A stretch of 64,000 nucleotides of DNA from Ginglymostoma cirratum (GCA_024137785.1 JAHRHZ010000018.1:13117679-13181678); one strand, 5' to 3'. Counted from the stretch's first letter, positions 11,483 to 25,055 are shown. Notes: generated from the letters alone by a model not told the origin. Numbers and translations: made by a program.

Positions 11483-12870
11483 TGTTATGACTGAAATAGG
11501 AGTTCACTATCTCTCTTTGTACCCAAAACAGCACTACCACAACATATGTTTAATTGCTTCGCCAAAGTCCTGCTATCCATTGTATGCTGTCTCTACATTA
11601 GTACAAAAAGATCCATCAAGCACGCTTCTTTAATAAACACAAAATTACAGGTTTATTATAAACTAAAACTTATTTGACAATGACGTAAAAATGGTTAACG
11701 TCAACAGTTTGTAATATGAAAGTATAAATATTAGCCCCTCAAAATACATAGATACACCAGGTAAAGGGGCAAGATAATTGGTTTTGTTCTCTTTGAATTT
11801 CTTTTTGAAGGATAGAAAGAAACTTTTAGCCAATAATGGTTAGTTCTTTAAGGGGAAAATGTGCTATGTACAAACTGACCTTTCGGTGATCCCCTTTTTA
11901 AAAATTAACCCAGACATCGCCACGGAACTTGAAAGTGCTTGTCACACTCCCTGCATGGTGAGTCTTGCATCCCACTACTGGGTGACACCAGCAAAGACGG
12001 AAGGAAGCCCTTAAATGGTTAGATTTATTGTAACGTGTACACAAGTACAGGAATACAAGAGCACAATGAAAAGTGTGCAATGTCGCCATTCTCCAACGCC
12101 ATCTTAGAATACAAAAGACAGGATTGAAAACAGAAGCAGATAAAAAAGAAACGGCCAAAAGGACAGTAAACATCCAGATCACTCCCCCGTCTCCACCACG
12201 AGTCCTCCCCATCAGAAAAACAAAGCCACAAAGTCCATCTCTCAGTCTGCGAACACTCAGGTGTGCTGTAACCCCGCACACCAATGCAGCTAGAATGCCA
12301 CTGTCTCTGCCATCAGGTACCTGGGCTCAGTCATGCCCTAGAGCCATGCACTACCTGCTGGAACCATGCCACCATTCTTAGGCGCCATCTTGCCTACACC
12401 AACGTTGTCATTGCTGTGAGTCCGCAATGGGCAGATCTTGGCTCTGCTGCTGCTGAAGCTGCCAGATCCCAAACTGGGCTCAAACTTGATGCTGGGAAGG
12501 GAGTGCTCCCGCCTCTGCCTTCGTTCTCAAGAAAGGGACGGCTGCCGCCGCTGCCGATACTCTCAGGAAGGGGACAGACGCTGCTGAAAAGGGAAGGAAA
12601 CAGAAAGAAAAAAGAAAGAACAAAAGTAAAAAAAGGGAAAAGGAAAGGAGAACAGAAGTGGAAGGCCTTGTTAGGAGGTGAAGCAGGAGCGTGGTCTGCA
12701 GGCCTTTGAGCAACAAACATAATTGGAATGGAGGTGAGGGTCCTCAATCCGATTGCCCTCCCTGTGACCGATTTCACCACAGGGCACGGCACAATATCCT
12801 GCCCCCTTGGCTGTATTCAACATCCTCCTTTAACTTCTAAGGACAAGGAACTCACAGTGTGATCATGACC
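11483..12870. mobile_element. Possible solo LTR interrupting the LINE and itself interrupted
   Basis: LINE homology stops at tgttatgac (11483). The block ends at tcatgac (~12869), giving degenerate inverted termini. No clean TSD. Confidence 0.35.
12015..12720 (-). mobile_element. Non-coding GC-rich element with a Rex1/Babar-type 3' tail (non-autonomous)
   Basis: Minus-strand end acttttcattgtg...gtacacgttacaataaa resembles the Rex1 tail acttttcactgtg..gtacatgtgacaataa at 37447-37479. CpG-rich body with no recognisable ORF. Confidence 0.55.
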
Positions 12871-13683
12871 CTGGCACAGCTCCAATGTGCCAATATCTAT
12901 CCTGCACATAGTTAAGTTTACTCTTTATGTATTATTTATAATTACTGTGTATTTAAGGTTGACACCAAGTGCAGCAATAATGTTGGCATGAATTTGTATT
13001 GTAAATGTAATCTGCACATCAGGGTTAAACATTAATGGCTTTTATTAAAAGCCATGGAGAATATTGGCTATAATTCTTGAAGTGTTTGAAAGGATTTAAC
13101 ATCAGCTTACGTAGAGAAAGGCATGAACTGTGCAGAAATGAACGCATGATTGGATTTGAAAGTTACTTCTGCCTAGCAAACTGGTGCCTACAATCCAAGT
13201 TACCAGCTCAGGTTGCCTTTTGGCATATTGTGTTGATTGAGCACAGTGATATTTATAAGCAGTAGGCAGTGACAGGCTTTGTATCATTTTGGTGCTTCTC
13301 AGTGTCAGTTATGGCATACCTTCAAGTAAATTCCTGCCAAGCAAATTCTGACTTCATATTCCCAAAGTGTATATTACAGATTGAGAAGTTAAGGAATTTC
13401 TCTGAAGTTCTTCAGCTTTTTAATAACTTTAACCTGATTTTAAATTTCAGTGAAGGTAGCAGTCTCCTGTGTTTTCATATACAGCTAAAATCTAATAGAC
13501 TCAACTTATCCTGAGCATTATTCAGCCTGAATTCGGGACAGCTAGGCTCCTCTATCACACCTTAGCTGTATCACTGCATCCATTCACATCTTTGTAATTC
13601 AAACTGAAAAAGACCAGATTCATCTTGAATTTTTAGACTTTGATCTCTTTTGCCTATGTATTTCATGATGCTCCTGAATAATA

Positions 13684-14030
13684 GGGAGGTGATGGCCTAG
13701 CGGTATTACCACTGGACTGTCAACCCAAAGACCCAAATAATATTCTGGGGACCCGGGTTTGAATCCCACTATGGCAGATGGTGGAACTTGAATTCAATTA
13801 AGTATCTGGAATTAAGAATCTAATGATGATTTTTGGGGGCAAAACCCATCTGGTTCACTAGTGTCCTTTAGGGAAGAAAACTATCATCCTTACCTGGTCT
13901 GGCCTACGTGTGACTCCAGACCCACAGTAATGTGGTTGACTCTTAACTGCCCTATGGGCAATTAGGGAGGGGGCACTAAATGCTGCCTGGTCAGTGATGC
14001 TCTCATCCCATGACTGAATAAAGGAAAAAA
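13684..14030 (+). mobile_element. tRNA-derived SINE (non-HE1) sharing its 3' tail with the CR1-group LINE
   Basis: A box tggcctagcgg, B box ggtttgaatccc. Tail gggcaattaggga..aaatgctg.cctg..cagtgatgc.c.catccca followed by an A-run. Confidence 0.8.
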
Positions 14031-14659
14031 ACTGTTTGTCTCATCTGCCTTGCCCATCCTATTTGTGAATGAATGTGAGAGCATTCAGATTAAAAGGTGG
14101 TATAGTTTTACTTTGGACTCTTGCAATTAATCACCCACTTTGCTTTGTTACAGGATAAGTGTGTTATAAGAAATAAATTTTCAGTTTCTCGTTCATTGCT
14201 GATATGTGATGTGAGTGTCACTTATCTTAGAGTTACAGTCAGGTATTTACAATCCAAGAGAGTAAACTGGTCATTTTCACACTTGTTGGTTTCCAGTGCA
14301 CTCCATCAGGGTGATGACAAAGAGTGGGCTGAGTGTGGGATCTTTTAATGTAAACAGGGTGAGATTGGACGTGGTGTAAGATTAATTGGCAAGGGGTAAA
14401 AGGACAGATACCAAGTTTCCCTTACTGTGAAATAAGATGGGATTGAATGGAGCCAAAAAATCTTGTAGATAGAGGACATATTCCTCATTTACAAGGCCTA
14501 AAAAAAGGTTAAGACCCCAGAATTGGTAAAGGATTTAGAAGGAGAATTTTATGCAAAAGATACAAATGCAGCGATTATTAATATATCAGCAAGGCTTCCG
14601 GGATTAGTCAAGTATAAGAGAGCTACCAACTTTGTCCCTCTCCCTGGCAGTCATTCGAG

Positions 14660-16660
14660 ATGTTCACAAACCTGGTGTCATGCTTGACCCTACAATGAGC
14701 TTTTGACTATACCTTCAACCAATTACTGAGACCCACCTATTTCCAGCTTTGTAACATTGCCTGATTTTACTGCTGTCTCAGATCACCCACACCTGAAAAC
14801 CTCATCTATGCCTTTTTTACCTTTAGATTTGACCCTCTGAATGTACCCTTGTTGGTCTTCCATATTTATCAGTTTTCTCTCAGTCATCAGTAACGTGATG
14901 GAAAGTGTTATCAACAGTGCTCTTCAGCAGCTCTTTCTTAGCCCTAACCTGCTCACTAACTCAGTTCAGGTTCCACTAGTGTCACTCAGCTCCTGACCAC
15001 ATTGCAGCCTTCTTTCAAATATGAATTCCAGAGACACGCTGAGGCTGACTATTCTTGAAATCAAGGCCGCATTTGACTGAATGTGGTATCAAGGATCATT
15101 TGCAAAACTGGAGTCAATGAGAATATTCTCCACTTGTTCGAATCATTCCTGGCATGTCGGAAGATGGTTGTGCTTATTGGAGGTCAGTCATCTCAGCTCC
15201 AGGACATATTTGTAGGAGTTTCTCAGGGTAGTGTCCTGGATCCAACAGTCTTCAGCTACTTCATCAATGGCCTTCCCTCCATCATAAGGTCAGAAGTGGG
15301 AATGCTCATTGACGATTGCACAGTGTTCAGTACCATTTGCAACTTCTCACATACTGAAGCAGTTCATACCCAAATGCAGCAAGGCCTGGACAACATCCAG
15401 GCTTGGGCTGACAAGTGTCAAGAGTCATGTAACATTTGTGCCACATAAATGTCAGGCAATGACAATCTCCAACAAGAGAGAATCTAACCATCGGCCCTTG
15501 ACATTCAAAGGCATTACCACTGCAGGATTCCCCCACACCAACATCCTGGGATTTATCAATATCCATTATCATTATCAATATCTAACTGAACTGGACTAGT
15601 CATATACTGTGGCTACAAGAGCAGGTCAGAGGTTAGGAATCCTGTTGCGAGTAACTCAACTCTCTTCAAAGCCTCTTCACCATATGCAAGTCAGATGTGT
15701 GATGGAATACTCCCCACTTGCCTAAATATGTGCAGCCCCAAAAACACTCAAAAAGCCTGACATCATCCAGGACAAAACAGCCCGTTTGATTGACACTACA
15801 TCCATAAGTATCCACACCCTTCAGAAACAATGCACAGTAGGAGCAGTGTTTACCATCTGCAAAATATACAACAATTCAGTTGGCCTCATTAGACAACACC
15901 ATACAAACCCATGACCACTTCCAACTAGAAGGACAAAGGCAGCACACACACTGGAACACCGCACACAGCAAGTCCCCTCCAAGTCCCTCCCCATCCTGAC
16001 TTCAGTGTCACTGGGTCGAAATCCTGGAACTTCCTGTCCACCAGCCTTGTTGGTCTACCTACACCAAATGGACTGCAGATGTTCAGGAAAGCAAATCACC
16101 ATTATCTTCTCATGAGCAATAAATGCTTACCCAGTCAGTGATGCCCGCATCCCATGTACCAATGAGAAAAACATATACAGTCTACCAGGTATTAACTTGG
16201 AATCATGCAAAATTCTGCTGTCCATGTCTTAACTCACAACGGTCCCTTTCATTTATTAGCCTTGTACTTGCTGACTTGTGCTGGCTTCCAGTCAAACAAC
16301 ATCTTTTGATTTTAAAGTACTCAACTGTTTTTTCAAATCTCTTCATGGCTTCCTTCCTCCTTATGACTGTAATCTGTTTCAGGCACATGACTTCTGAAAT
16401 ATCTCCTCTTACCCATTTCTGGCCTTTGGAATTATCCCTGATTTTAGTAGCTCCATCTTCGAAGGCTAAGCCTTCATTTGCGTAGGTCTGGAATTCCCTC
16501 TCTGAACCTCTCCACCTCACAACCTCATTTTCCTCTAAGAAATTCCTTTAGACAGTTTGTCCTCTACCTTAACATTTCTTCATGTAGCACACTGTCTTTT
16601 GTTTCACAGTGCTCCATTCAAAGCAACACTAAAGGCATCATATAAATGTAATTTGTTATT
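14660..16660 (+). mobile_element. L2 LINE 3' region interrupted by a CR1-group LINE
   Basis: 14660-14880 carries aacctggtgtcatgcttgacc and ctcatctatgcctt..acct.tagatttgac. 16190-16660 carries LADLCWLPVKQ (L2 LHWLPV motif) and an L2 tail. Confidence 0.7.
14880..16175 (+). mobile_element. CR1-group LINE, RT to 3' end, decayed
   Basis: ORF 15083-15448 reads VGVSQGSVLDPTVFSYFINGLPSIIRSEVGMLIDDCT. Confidence 0.85.
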
Positions 16661-17629
16661 ATAAAATTGCTGAAAAAGAGATCATGTTTAGCAGACAATT
16701 TGTCACAAAGGATTCATTGAAAGAATTGTTTAACTCCTTTTAAAGGTGTGAGTGCTATGTATGTTAATGTGGTCAAATTGATTCCCACGTGTCTGCAACA
16801 TTAACAACCTGAACAACAGCGAACAGTTACTGTCAGAATACAACATCAACTGGATACTTGGGAATCCTCCACTTCCTCAGCTGAGCATTTTCCAGTACAC
16901 CACATATTTATTCCGCAAGATGTCCTGTGTTCTGTTACACTCTGATGTGGTAAAATATCAATGACTGCTCAAGTTTCCCTGTGACCATTGTGGACGTATG
17001 AAGGAAATTAGTCAGCTAAAAGGGTCAAAGATTTCTCAAATATTAACAGATTCTGTGCTAGACCACTTTCCTATTGAGGCCTGCTGTTAAGATAGCTCCT
17101 GATTGAACCTGCATAAATAAAGAAAATTCTTCTGGCTAAATCCTCTCTGGTCGTTCTAGCTTCTGTCTGTGGAGTGATATTGTAGGGGAAGTGCAAAACA
17201 GTTTAAAACCATCCTCACTGAACAAGTCTGGTCTATTAATGTCACCTCTACTTCTGAGACATGTTGTAGACTGAAGCCTTTGTCCAGGATTCATTGTGTC
17301 ATGTCTCACAGTTAATGTGTCTGCATACTTTTCCGAGACCTGCTCAAGCTATCATCACTACATTACAACATATGCCTTAGGGTATAAAGTCTCAGACTCC
17401 TTCTTAACTGAGGTCACTTGAAGCGTGACCGAGTTTCTTATGTTGTGAGAGATAACATAAGCATTGCCACATCAGGTAAAGATGCCCTGCTGGAGACAAA
17501 ACATGAATAAGGATTCAACCTCACGGTGTAGGTTGACGCTGGAGTATATGGAAGGAATCTTGCCCCTGAGGAAAGTTCTGTCCCTACGATAAGGCATTAA
17601 AAACTGAGGCTCAGTGCTGTAGATAAAGT

Positions 17630-17812
17630 AGATGATGAGGATCTGGCTGTCCATACCTGTTGACCAGCATCCCTTTGCTGATCAGTACTGTTGTGAAAAC
17701 AGATCAACACACTGATTATTCATCTCAGTGCTGTTTGTGTGGACTTGTTAAGTGCTGCCACATTAATCCTACAACATTCTAGTCATTACACTTCAAAATA
17801 AATTGCTGCGTG
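17630..17812 (+). mobile_element. Old tRNA/Deu-type SINE (SacSINE1-like) 3' part
   Basis: Similar to the reverse complement of 63170-63600 (ttattcatctc..tgctgtttgtg..gac.ttg, cctacaaca.t..cagt.a.tacacttcaaa). Confidence 0.5.
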
Positions 17813-17814
17813 AA

Positions 17815-17900
17815 ATTAAAAATAAACCAGGAAATGCTGGAGAAACTCAGGAGGTCAGGTGCTGAAATGTTCCGATGAAGAGTCATTCGGACTCAAACTG
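17815..17900. mobile_element. Rearranged Penelope-like family B end with decayed hammerhead
   Basis: Minus-oriented gaaatgctggagaaactcag.aggtc followed by plus-oriented gttccgatgaagagtcattcggactcaaac. Confidence 0.55.
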
Positions 17901-17979
17901 GGAAACAGCTTATGCAACACCTCTGTTAAAGAAGGGATGAAGTCAGAAATGGGAAACTGCAGGGCAGTTAACCTGATCT

Positions 17980-18297
17980 CGGCACGGTGGCTCTGTGGTT
18001 AGCACTGCTGACTCACAGCGCCAGGGACCTGGGTCCAATTCCACCCTCGGGTGACTGTGTGGAGTTTGCACATTCGCCCTGTGTCTGTGTGGTTTTCCTC
18101 TAGGTGCTCCAGTTTCCTCCCACAGCCCAAAGGTGTGCAGGTTAGGTGGATTGGCCGTGCTAAAGTAGCCCATAGTGTTTGGGATGTGTAGATTAGGTGG
18201 GTTATAGGGGAATGGATCTGGGTGGGGATGGCTCTGTGGGTCAGTGTGGATGTGTTGGGCTGAAGGGTCTGTTTCCACACTGTACGGATTCCACGAT
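17980..18297 (+). mobile_element. HE1 SINE
   Basis: Full HE1 head, core and tail motifs. Confidence 0.9.
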
Positions 18298-19443
18298 GAT
18301 GTCATCACCCATTATTAAGGATGAGGTTGCAGATTACTTGGAAGTGCACTGAGTCAGCACAGCTTTGTCAAGGGGCAGTCATGTCTTAAAAATCTGTTGG
18401 AATCCTTTAAGGAGCTAATGAGCAAGTTAGACAAAGGAGACCCAGTAGATGTGATCTATTTGGATTTCAAGAAGGCCTTTGACAAAGTGTCATATAGGAG
18501 GCCACTAAGTAGATAAGAGCCTGTGGTTTTGGGGGAAAGGTACTGGCATGAATAGAGGATTGGCTGACTGGCAGAAGGCAGAAAGTGGGAATATATTTCA
18601 GGATAGCAGTTGGTGACTAATTGACTTCCACAAGGGTCCGTGTTGGGATCACAACGATTCATGTTATACATTCACGGTCTGAATGAAGGAACTGAGTGTA
18701 TTGTTGTTCATTTTTCAGTTGACACAAAGACAGGTGGAGGGACAGGTAGTGTTGAGGAAGTGGGGGAGCTGGCAGAAAGATTTGGACAGGCTAGGTGAGT
18801 GGGCAAAGAAATGGCAGATGGAATACAGTGTGGGTAAGTGTGAGTTATGTACTTTGGTATGAAGAATAGAGGCGTAAACTATTTTCTAAATGGGGAAAGG
18901 CTTCAGAAATCTGAAGCACAAAAGCACTTGGGAGTCGTAGCCCAGGATTCTCTTGAGGTTAACATGCAGGTTCTGTTTAGGCATTTAGGAAGGCAAATAC
19001 AATGTTTGCATTCATTTCAAGAGGGCTGGAATGCAAGAGCAGAGATGTACTGCTGGGGCTATATAAGGCTCTGGTCAGACTGCATTTGGAATATTGTGAG
19101 CAGTTTTGGGACCTATTTCTAAGAAAGGAAGTGCTGGGATGAAGGTCTTGACTTATAGGGAATGGTTGAGGACTCTGGTTCTGGATTTGATGGAGTTTAG
19201 AAGGATGAGGGAGATTCTAATTGAACTAACAGAATACTGAAAGGTCTGGATAGTGTGGACGTACAGAAGATGTTTGAATGGTAGGAGGAACTAGGAACCG
19301 AGGGTATAGCCTCAGAGTAAAGGGTCGATTCTTTAAAACTGAGATGAGGAGGAATTTCTTCAGCCAATGGATGGTTAATATGGGGAACACATTACTGCAG
19401 GAGGCCAAGTCATTGTGTATATTTAAGACAGAGATAAATTTGG

Positions 19444-19770
19444 GGTGGTGCAGTGGCGCAGTGCTAAGGACCGAGATTTGATTCCAGCGTCAGGCAACTG
19501 TCTGTGTCGAGTCTGCATATTCTCCCCATGTCTGCGTAGGTTTCCTCTGGGTGCTCCAGTTTCCTCCGACAGTACAAAGATGAGCAGGTTAGGTGGATTT
19601 GTCATGCTAAATTGCCCATAGTTTCCAGGGATGTACAGATAAAGTGGATTAGCCGTGGGAAATGCAGGGTTAGGGAAGGTGGGAGGATAAGTCTGCGTGG
19701 AATGTTCTTCAGATGGTCAGTGTTTGATTTTATGGGCCAAATGGCCTGCTTCCACACTGTAGGGATTCTA
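19444..19770 (+). mobile_element. HE1 SINE (head partly deleted)
   Basis: HE1 core and tail (ggcctgcttccacactgtagggattcta). Confidence 0.85.
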
Positions 19771-19904
19771 GATAGTGGATCAACAGTTATGGGGAGAAGG
19801 CAGGAGAATGGAGTTGAGAAACATATCAGCCATGATCAAATGGCAATGCAATCTCCATGGGCTGAATAGCCTAATTCTGCTCCTACATCTTATGGTCTTA
19901 CGCA

Positions 19905-20003
19905 TATACTATCTCTCTCCTCAGAAGCTGCCAGTCCTGATGAGCTCCTCCAGCACTTTCTGTTTTCATTCTAAATCTCCAGCACCTGCAGTACTTTACA
20001 TTT
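19905..20003 (+). mobile_element. Penelope-like family B 3' end fragment
   Basis: gctgccag.cctgatgagct.ctccagcactttctgtttt...ccagcacctgcagta matches 46020-46116. Confidence 0.7.
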
Positions 20004-20994
20004 AGTTGAGAAATTACGGTGTGATGTCTTTTGAGACGTTTCTGAGATTTGACTAAATGCTGAAGAACATAAGTGCAAGTCTCCTTCTCAATTGCTGAAG
20101 TTGGACCAATTTGCATTAAATCACATTACAACTTTGTCCTTAACATTTCTGAAATACAGTCTGCTTTTGCAACATTGATATGCAACAAACGCATTTAATT
20201 TGAAGGTCCAGGCACAAGCCACCTTCTGCATAATTATGCTAATAGAAGGAGGATAAAAGAACAACATTGGTACACATAAACTGTGACTATTATACATGAG
20301 AGAGAATAAAGAGTTAGAGTGTCACAGAGAAGAGGATACTGGGCCTGAAAGTGATAAAGTATCACTTATTTGATTCAATCATCAATCAAATAGCAATTGA
20401 ACTGAAATAGCATTTCTCTTCTATACAATTATAGGCTTAAAAGTTTAGTAGATCACCTCTCTCACTTCGCTCAGTATAGTTTAGCAAAGGGTAACTATGC
20501 CACAGATGAATCTTCTTTAAAGTTAATTTGCTTTGTATTTACCTACTTGAAAGTCCCTCCAGCAGAGTTTTATACCACTAATGTGACTGCAGAAATAGCA
20601 GAACTTTTCAACCAAACATAATGGTAATGGTTATGTTTAACACAAAGACATTTAGAGCTGTCAGTGTCTCTGTTAGAATCCTTGTTAGTGCCTGCAGTAA
20701 TAGACTGACTGAGATTACAGAGCCTTGTCATTTATTCCATTATGATTTGCTGACGTGTCACTTTGCATTGCAGGTTCCTTTTTTAGACGCAGACAGCTCT
20801 GCGTTAAAGGTGCAAGGTGTAGGTGGTTTAGTCTATTTAGCCTTGGTACTCTGAGAGATTGCTGACATCGAAATGCTTCCATAGTTCAGCTGAAAAGCTT
20901 GGGTTCAATTCTGGTTGCAATGCAATTGATTTGCAGACGCAAACTACCTCATGAAAATATAGTAATGTATCTCCAGATGATATTTTAATGAGTT

Positions 20995-21420
20995 ATTTTA
21001 TGAGATGTGGGCATCATTGGCAAGTCCAGCACTTGCTGGCCACCCCTAGCTGTCCTTGGTCTAAGTGGTTAGGCTATATCAGAGGGTAGCTAAGAGCCAA
21101 CCACATTGCTGTGGGTCTGGAGTCTCACAAGGAAGAGACATGGATCTGAGGTTTACTTCCCTAAAGGACATTTATTGGCATAGAGCCAGAGTCAACAGCA
21201 CGGAAACAGATCCTTCAGTCCAACTTGACCATGATGACCAAGTTTTTCAAACTGAACCAGTCCCATTTGCCTGCTTTTGATGGGTTTTTACAGGAATTAT
21301 CGATGGCTTCACGGTCATTAATACAGCTAGTTGTCCATTCCCAAGTTATGAGTTGAATTTTAATTCCACCTGCTGGCACAGTGGAATTCCAGTTCTAATA
21401 TCAAAATCCTAATGTTCAAC
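20995..21420 (-). mobile_element. tRNA-derived SINE (13684 family), decayed, with a short CR1 tail inside (~21178-21278)
   Basis: Reverse complement of the 13684-14030 motifs (aagagccaaccacattgctgtgggtctggagtc). Confidence 0.65.
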
Positions 21421-22949
21421 AAATAGAAATATGATAATGAGCAGATCTTTCATAGCTACCCCCTCCTCACCCCCAAACTGATAGAACAGATGGGCCAGGT
21501 TTAGCATATCCTCTGAAACCTGCTCCCTCAGTACTGCCCTGGAGTTAACCTAGACTTTGTCCTCACATTCCTGGAGTGTGCCTGAACCTGCAACCATCTG
21601 ATTCAAAGACAAGGGGCAACTGGCCTGTGGTAATCTGTCACAACTGACAACGTAAGCTTTGTGAGAAAATTCATCGTTGCAGAAACTAAGACGAGAACAG
21701 TCTCCTTCTTGCACCTGACCCCATCCGTACCTCTCCAGATGGCAGGGCTGCAGTTCCCTGCCATGTCTGTTCCATGTCCTCGCACACCTTGCCAAAATAG
21801 TCACTCATCAAATCGAAGCCTTGTCACTGAAGGACAGAAAGCATCTTGAATCTGCAGCCCTTACAAAAAAAAATGGGCAGCTGGTGTTCATAGAACCAAA
21901 AAACATTAAATGTGCATGTCCCAGAGAGCATCACTGGACACTCAACATCAGTACTGATAGCAGCTGAGTTCCTCCTCCCCTTAATCCAGCCAAAAATTGA
22001 CAAACAAAGCAGAGATGGGAGTACATGAATGTAGCGGCTAATCTTTCCTGTTCGCTGAAGTTTACTTCTCTGTCCCATCTCCGAATGCATCAAGCCACCC
22101 AAAGGGATGAAAGGGGCAACCTGTTCCTCAGCTTCTGACATTTGTTGCTCTGAAACAATCTGCTCAATGACAGGCAGCAGCCTGAGAAATGATGGCCTTC
22201 CAATTTGTCCACGGGTAAGTTTCCAGTTGGCACCTGCCTGCGATATGATGAAATTAAGCCTGAGCCTCTGAGTTATTCACTGCCAGACTGGCTTAAAGCA
22301 ACAGTGCTTGCTGCCACGTACAATGCACCTGAGGTTTACTGATTCAAATAATATCTGTGTGTTAGCATTTAAATAATAGTGATTTCAAAGACGTTGTATG
22401 TAATTGGTTTGCAGTTTCAGTGGGTCAACTCTCTGCCAAATGGGCATCTTTTCCCACAGCAGTAAGACCAGCAAACTGATGTGGAATACCAAGATTCTAC
22501 TTTGCTTCTTCCAACTTCCCTAAAGCTAATGAACTGGTCTGGGCATTTCCTGGTGCAAAATCTCTTTGTTGAAGGATCTGTGAGTTGTTACCCAGTGGCC
22601 TCTTCTTTGCTGTGACCATTCTGTTTGTGGCAATTCCTCAGGGCAACGCAGTCTCTGTGGGCAGACAAAGGCCACTCTGACCCGGTGTTTTGGCCGATAT
22701 CTGCCAGTACAAAGTCACACAGACATTTTACACTGCAGCTCCTACAGCAGCACACAATGTCTCTGGCCCTCCCGATATGGTGCAAGGAGTCTAGCCCAGG
22801 CTGTCATTCCATCTGCTATATACCCCTCACAGTGCAACTGAGCCAAACCTGGATAAAGCTTGGAGTTTGCAATTTTAAAAATTAATCATTGCAGGAAAAA
22901 GAAAATAGGTGGCACAACTGTGATATTTCTTCATTGCGGGATAGCTGCA

Positions 22950-24785
22950 CATATGGATATGGAAACACAGCAAATAGGAGCAGGAATAGGCCATTCAGCC
23001 CTACTACCTGTTTCACTATTCATTACAATCATGGTTGATCATCCAAGTCAGTAGCCTGTTTCCACTTTTCTCCCTTATCCTTTGATCCCTTTAATCTCAG
23101 GTGTTATATCCTAAAATTTCTTGCACTCATGCAATGTTTTGGCCCCGACCACTTTCTGTGGTAGTGTATTCCACAGACTCACCACTCTGTGGGTGAAGAA
23201 ATTTCTCCTCATCTCAGTCCTGTGTGGTTTGCTCCTGTATCTACCTGTCTAGTCCTGTCAGAAGTTTCTATGAGATCCCATTCTGAACTCCAGTGAATAC
23301 AATCCTGACCGATTCAACCCGTCCTCATTCGTCAGTCCTGCCATCGGTCTGGTAAACCTTCACTGCACTCCTCTATAGTAAGAACATCCTTCCTCATATA
23401 AGGAGACCAAAACAGCATGCAATATTCCAGGTATGGTCTCTGTATAATTGCAGCAAGACATCCCCACTCCTGTACTCGAATCCTCTCATTATGAAGGCCA
23501 GCATATCATTTGCCTTCTTTACTGTCTACTGCTCCTGTATGCTCACCTTCAGCAACTGGTGGACAAGGACAGCCATGACTTGTTGCACAGTTCCTTCTCT
23601 CAATTTATAGCTGTTCTGAAAATAACTTGCCTTGCTGGGTAATCTCACTTTTATCCACACTATCCTGCAACTGCCATGCATTTGCCCACTCACTCAGCTT
23701 GTCCAAGTCACAGTGAAGCATCTCTGCATCCTCGTCACAGCTCGCCCTCCCACCCAGCTTTGTGTCATCTGAAAATTTGTCAATATAACAGTTAGTTACT
23801 TCTTCCAAATCATGAATATATATTGTCAATAGCTGGGGTCCTAACACTGACCCTTGCAGTACTCCAATATTCATTGCTTGGCATTTGGAAAAGAATCCTT
23901 TTATTTCCATTCTTTGTTTCCTGTCAGCCAACCAGTTTTCTATCTATGCCAGTACACTAATCCAAGTCCCATGTGCATTAATTTTACACAATAGTCTCTT
24001 GTGTGGGACTTTGTCAAAAACCTTCTGAAAGTCCAAATAAACCATATCCACTTGCTCCCCTTCATCTTTATTAGTTACATCTTCAAAGAATTCCAGCAGA
24101 TTTGACAAACATGACTTCCCTTTCATAAATCCATGCTGACTCTGTCCCATCCTGCCACTGTTTTCCAAATGCTCACCTTTAATTCTTTCTCAGTCTCTCT
24201 GGTCTATAATTCTCGGGTTTCTCTTTGCCTCCCATCTTAAATCAAGGGGTTACACTAGTTATCCTCCAATCTGTAGGAACTGTTCTGGAGCCTATAGAAT
24301 CTTAGGATGACCGCCAATGCATCCACTGTTTCTAGGGCCACTTCTGAAAATACTCTTAGATGTAGATTATCAGGGCCTGGGGATTTATGGCCTATCAATC
24401 CCATCAATTTCCCCAAAACCTCTTCCCTACAAATATTGATTTCCTTCAGTACCCCCCTCTCACTAAACCCAACATTTCTGGTAGGTTATTTGCATTCTCC
24501 TTTGTGAGCGCAAAACCAAATTATGTATTTAGTTGCTCAGCCATTTCTTTGTTCCTCATTATAAATTCCCCTGTTACTGTCTATAAGGGACCCATATTTG
24601 TCTCCATCAATCTGTTTTCTCTTCACATACTTATAAAAATGTTTACAATCAATTTTTATGTTCCCACAAGCTTAGTCTCATTATTTATTCTCCCTTTCTT
24701 AATCAATTCTTGGTCTTCCTGTCCTGAATTCTAAATTGGACCCACCTCTCAGTTTTGTTGTTTTTCTTTCTGGCCAATTTGTGTA
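22950..24785 (-). mobile_element. CR1 LINE ORF2, decayed
   Basis: ORFs 23944-24168 (QHGFMKGKSCLSNLLEFFE..YLDFQKVFDKVPH) and 23605-23931 (QGSVLGP..KFSDDTKLGG). Confidence 0.9.
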
Positions 24786-25055
24786 TGTCTTCTTTGGACC
24801 ACAAGCTCTTGAAAAGTTTATTCTATTAGTAATGCTGTCACTGGCCAACTGGAGAGAAAGGGATTTTTCTCTGAGATTTACATATGGTTTCATTGTGAAT
24901 GTTGTAACAATTAATTTTCGCTACCTGGGCACTACACAATGTTAACATGTGAGTGACATCATACCAATGACAAGTCCTGGCCTCAGCTTTCCAACCCCTT
25001 TCTTTCATCTCCATGTTCTTTCCCACAAACCTATTTGCCAGAAGATTTTGTTTTC

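Larger units (their letters stand above)
17900..19900 (+). mobile_element. CR1/HER1-type LINE, decayed, with two HE1 insertions
   Basis: DVIYLDFKKAFDKV, PQGSVLG, LGEWAKKWQMEYSVGKCE and FKTEMRRNFFSQ motifs. Tail gcctaattctgctcctacatcttatggtctt. Confidence 0.88.

Noticed and set aside
12073-12792. Several overlapping 80-140 aa ORFs
   Set aside because: They lie in GC-rich, low-complexity repeat sequence and have no domain motifs.
13684-13775. tRNA-like A and B boxes
   Set aside because: This is a SINE head with no complete cloverleaf, not a tRNA gene.
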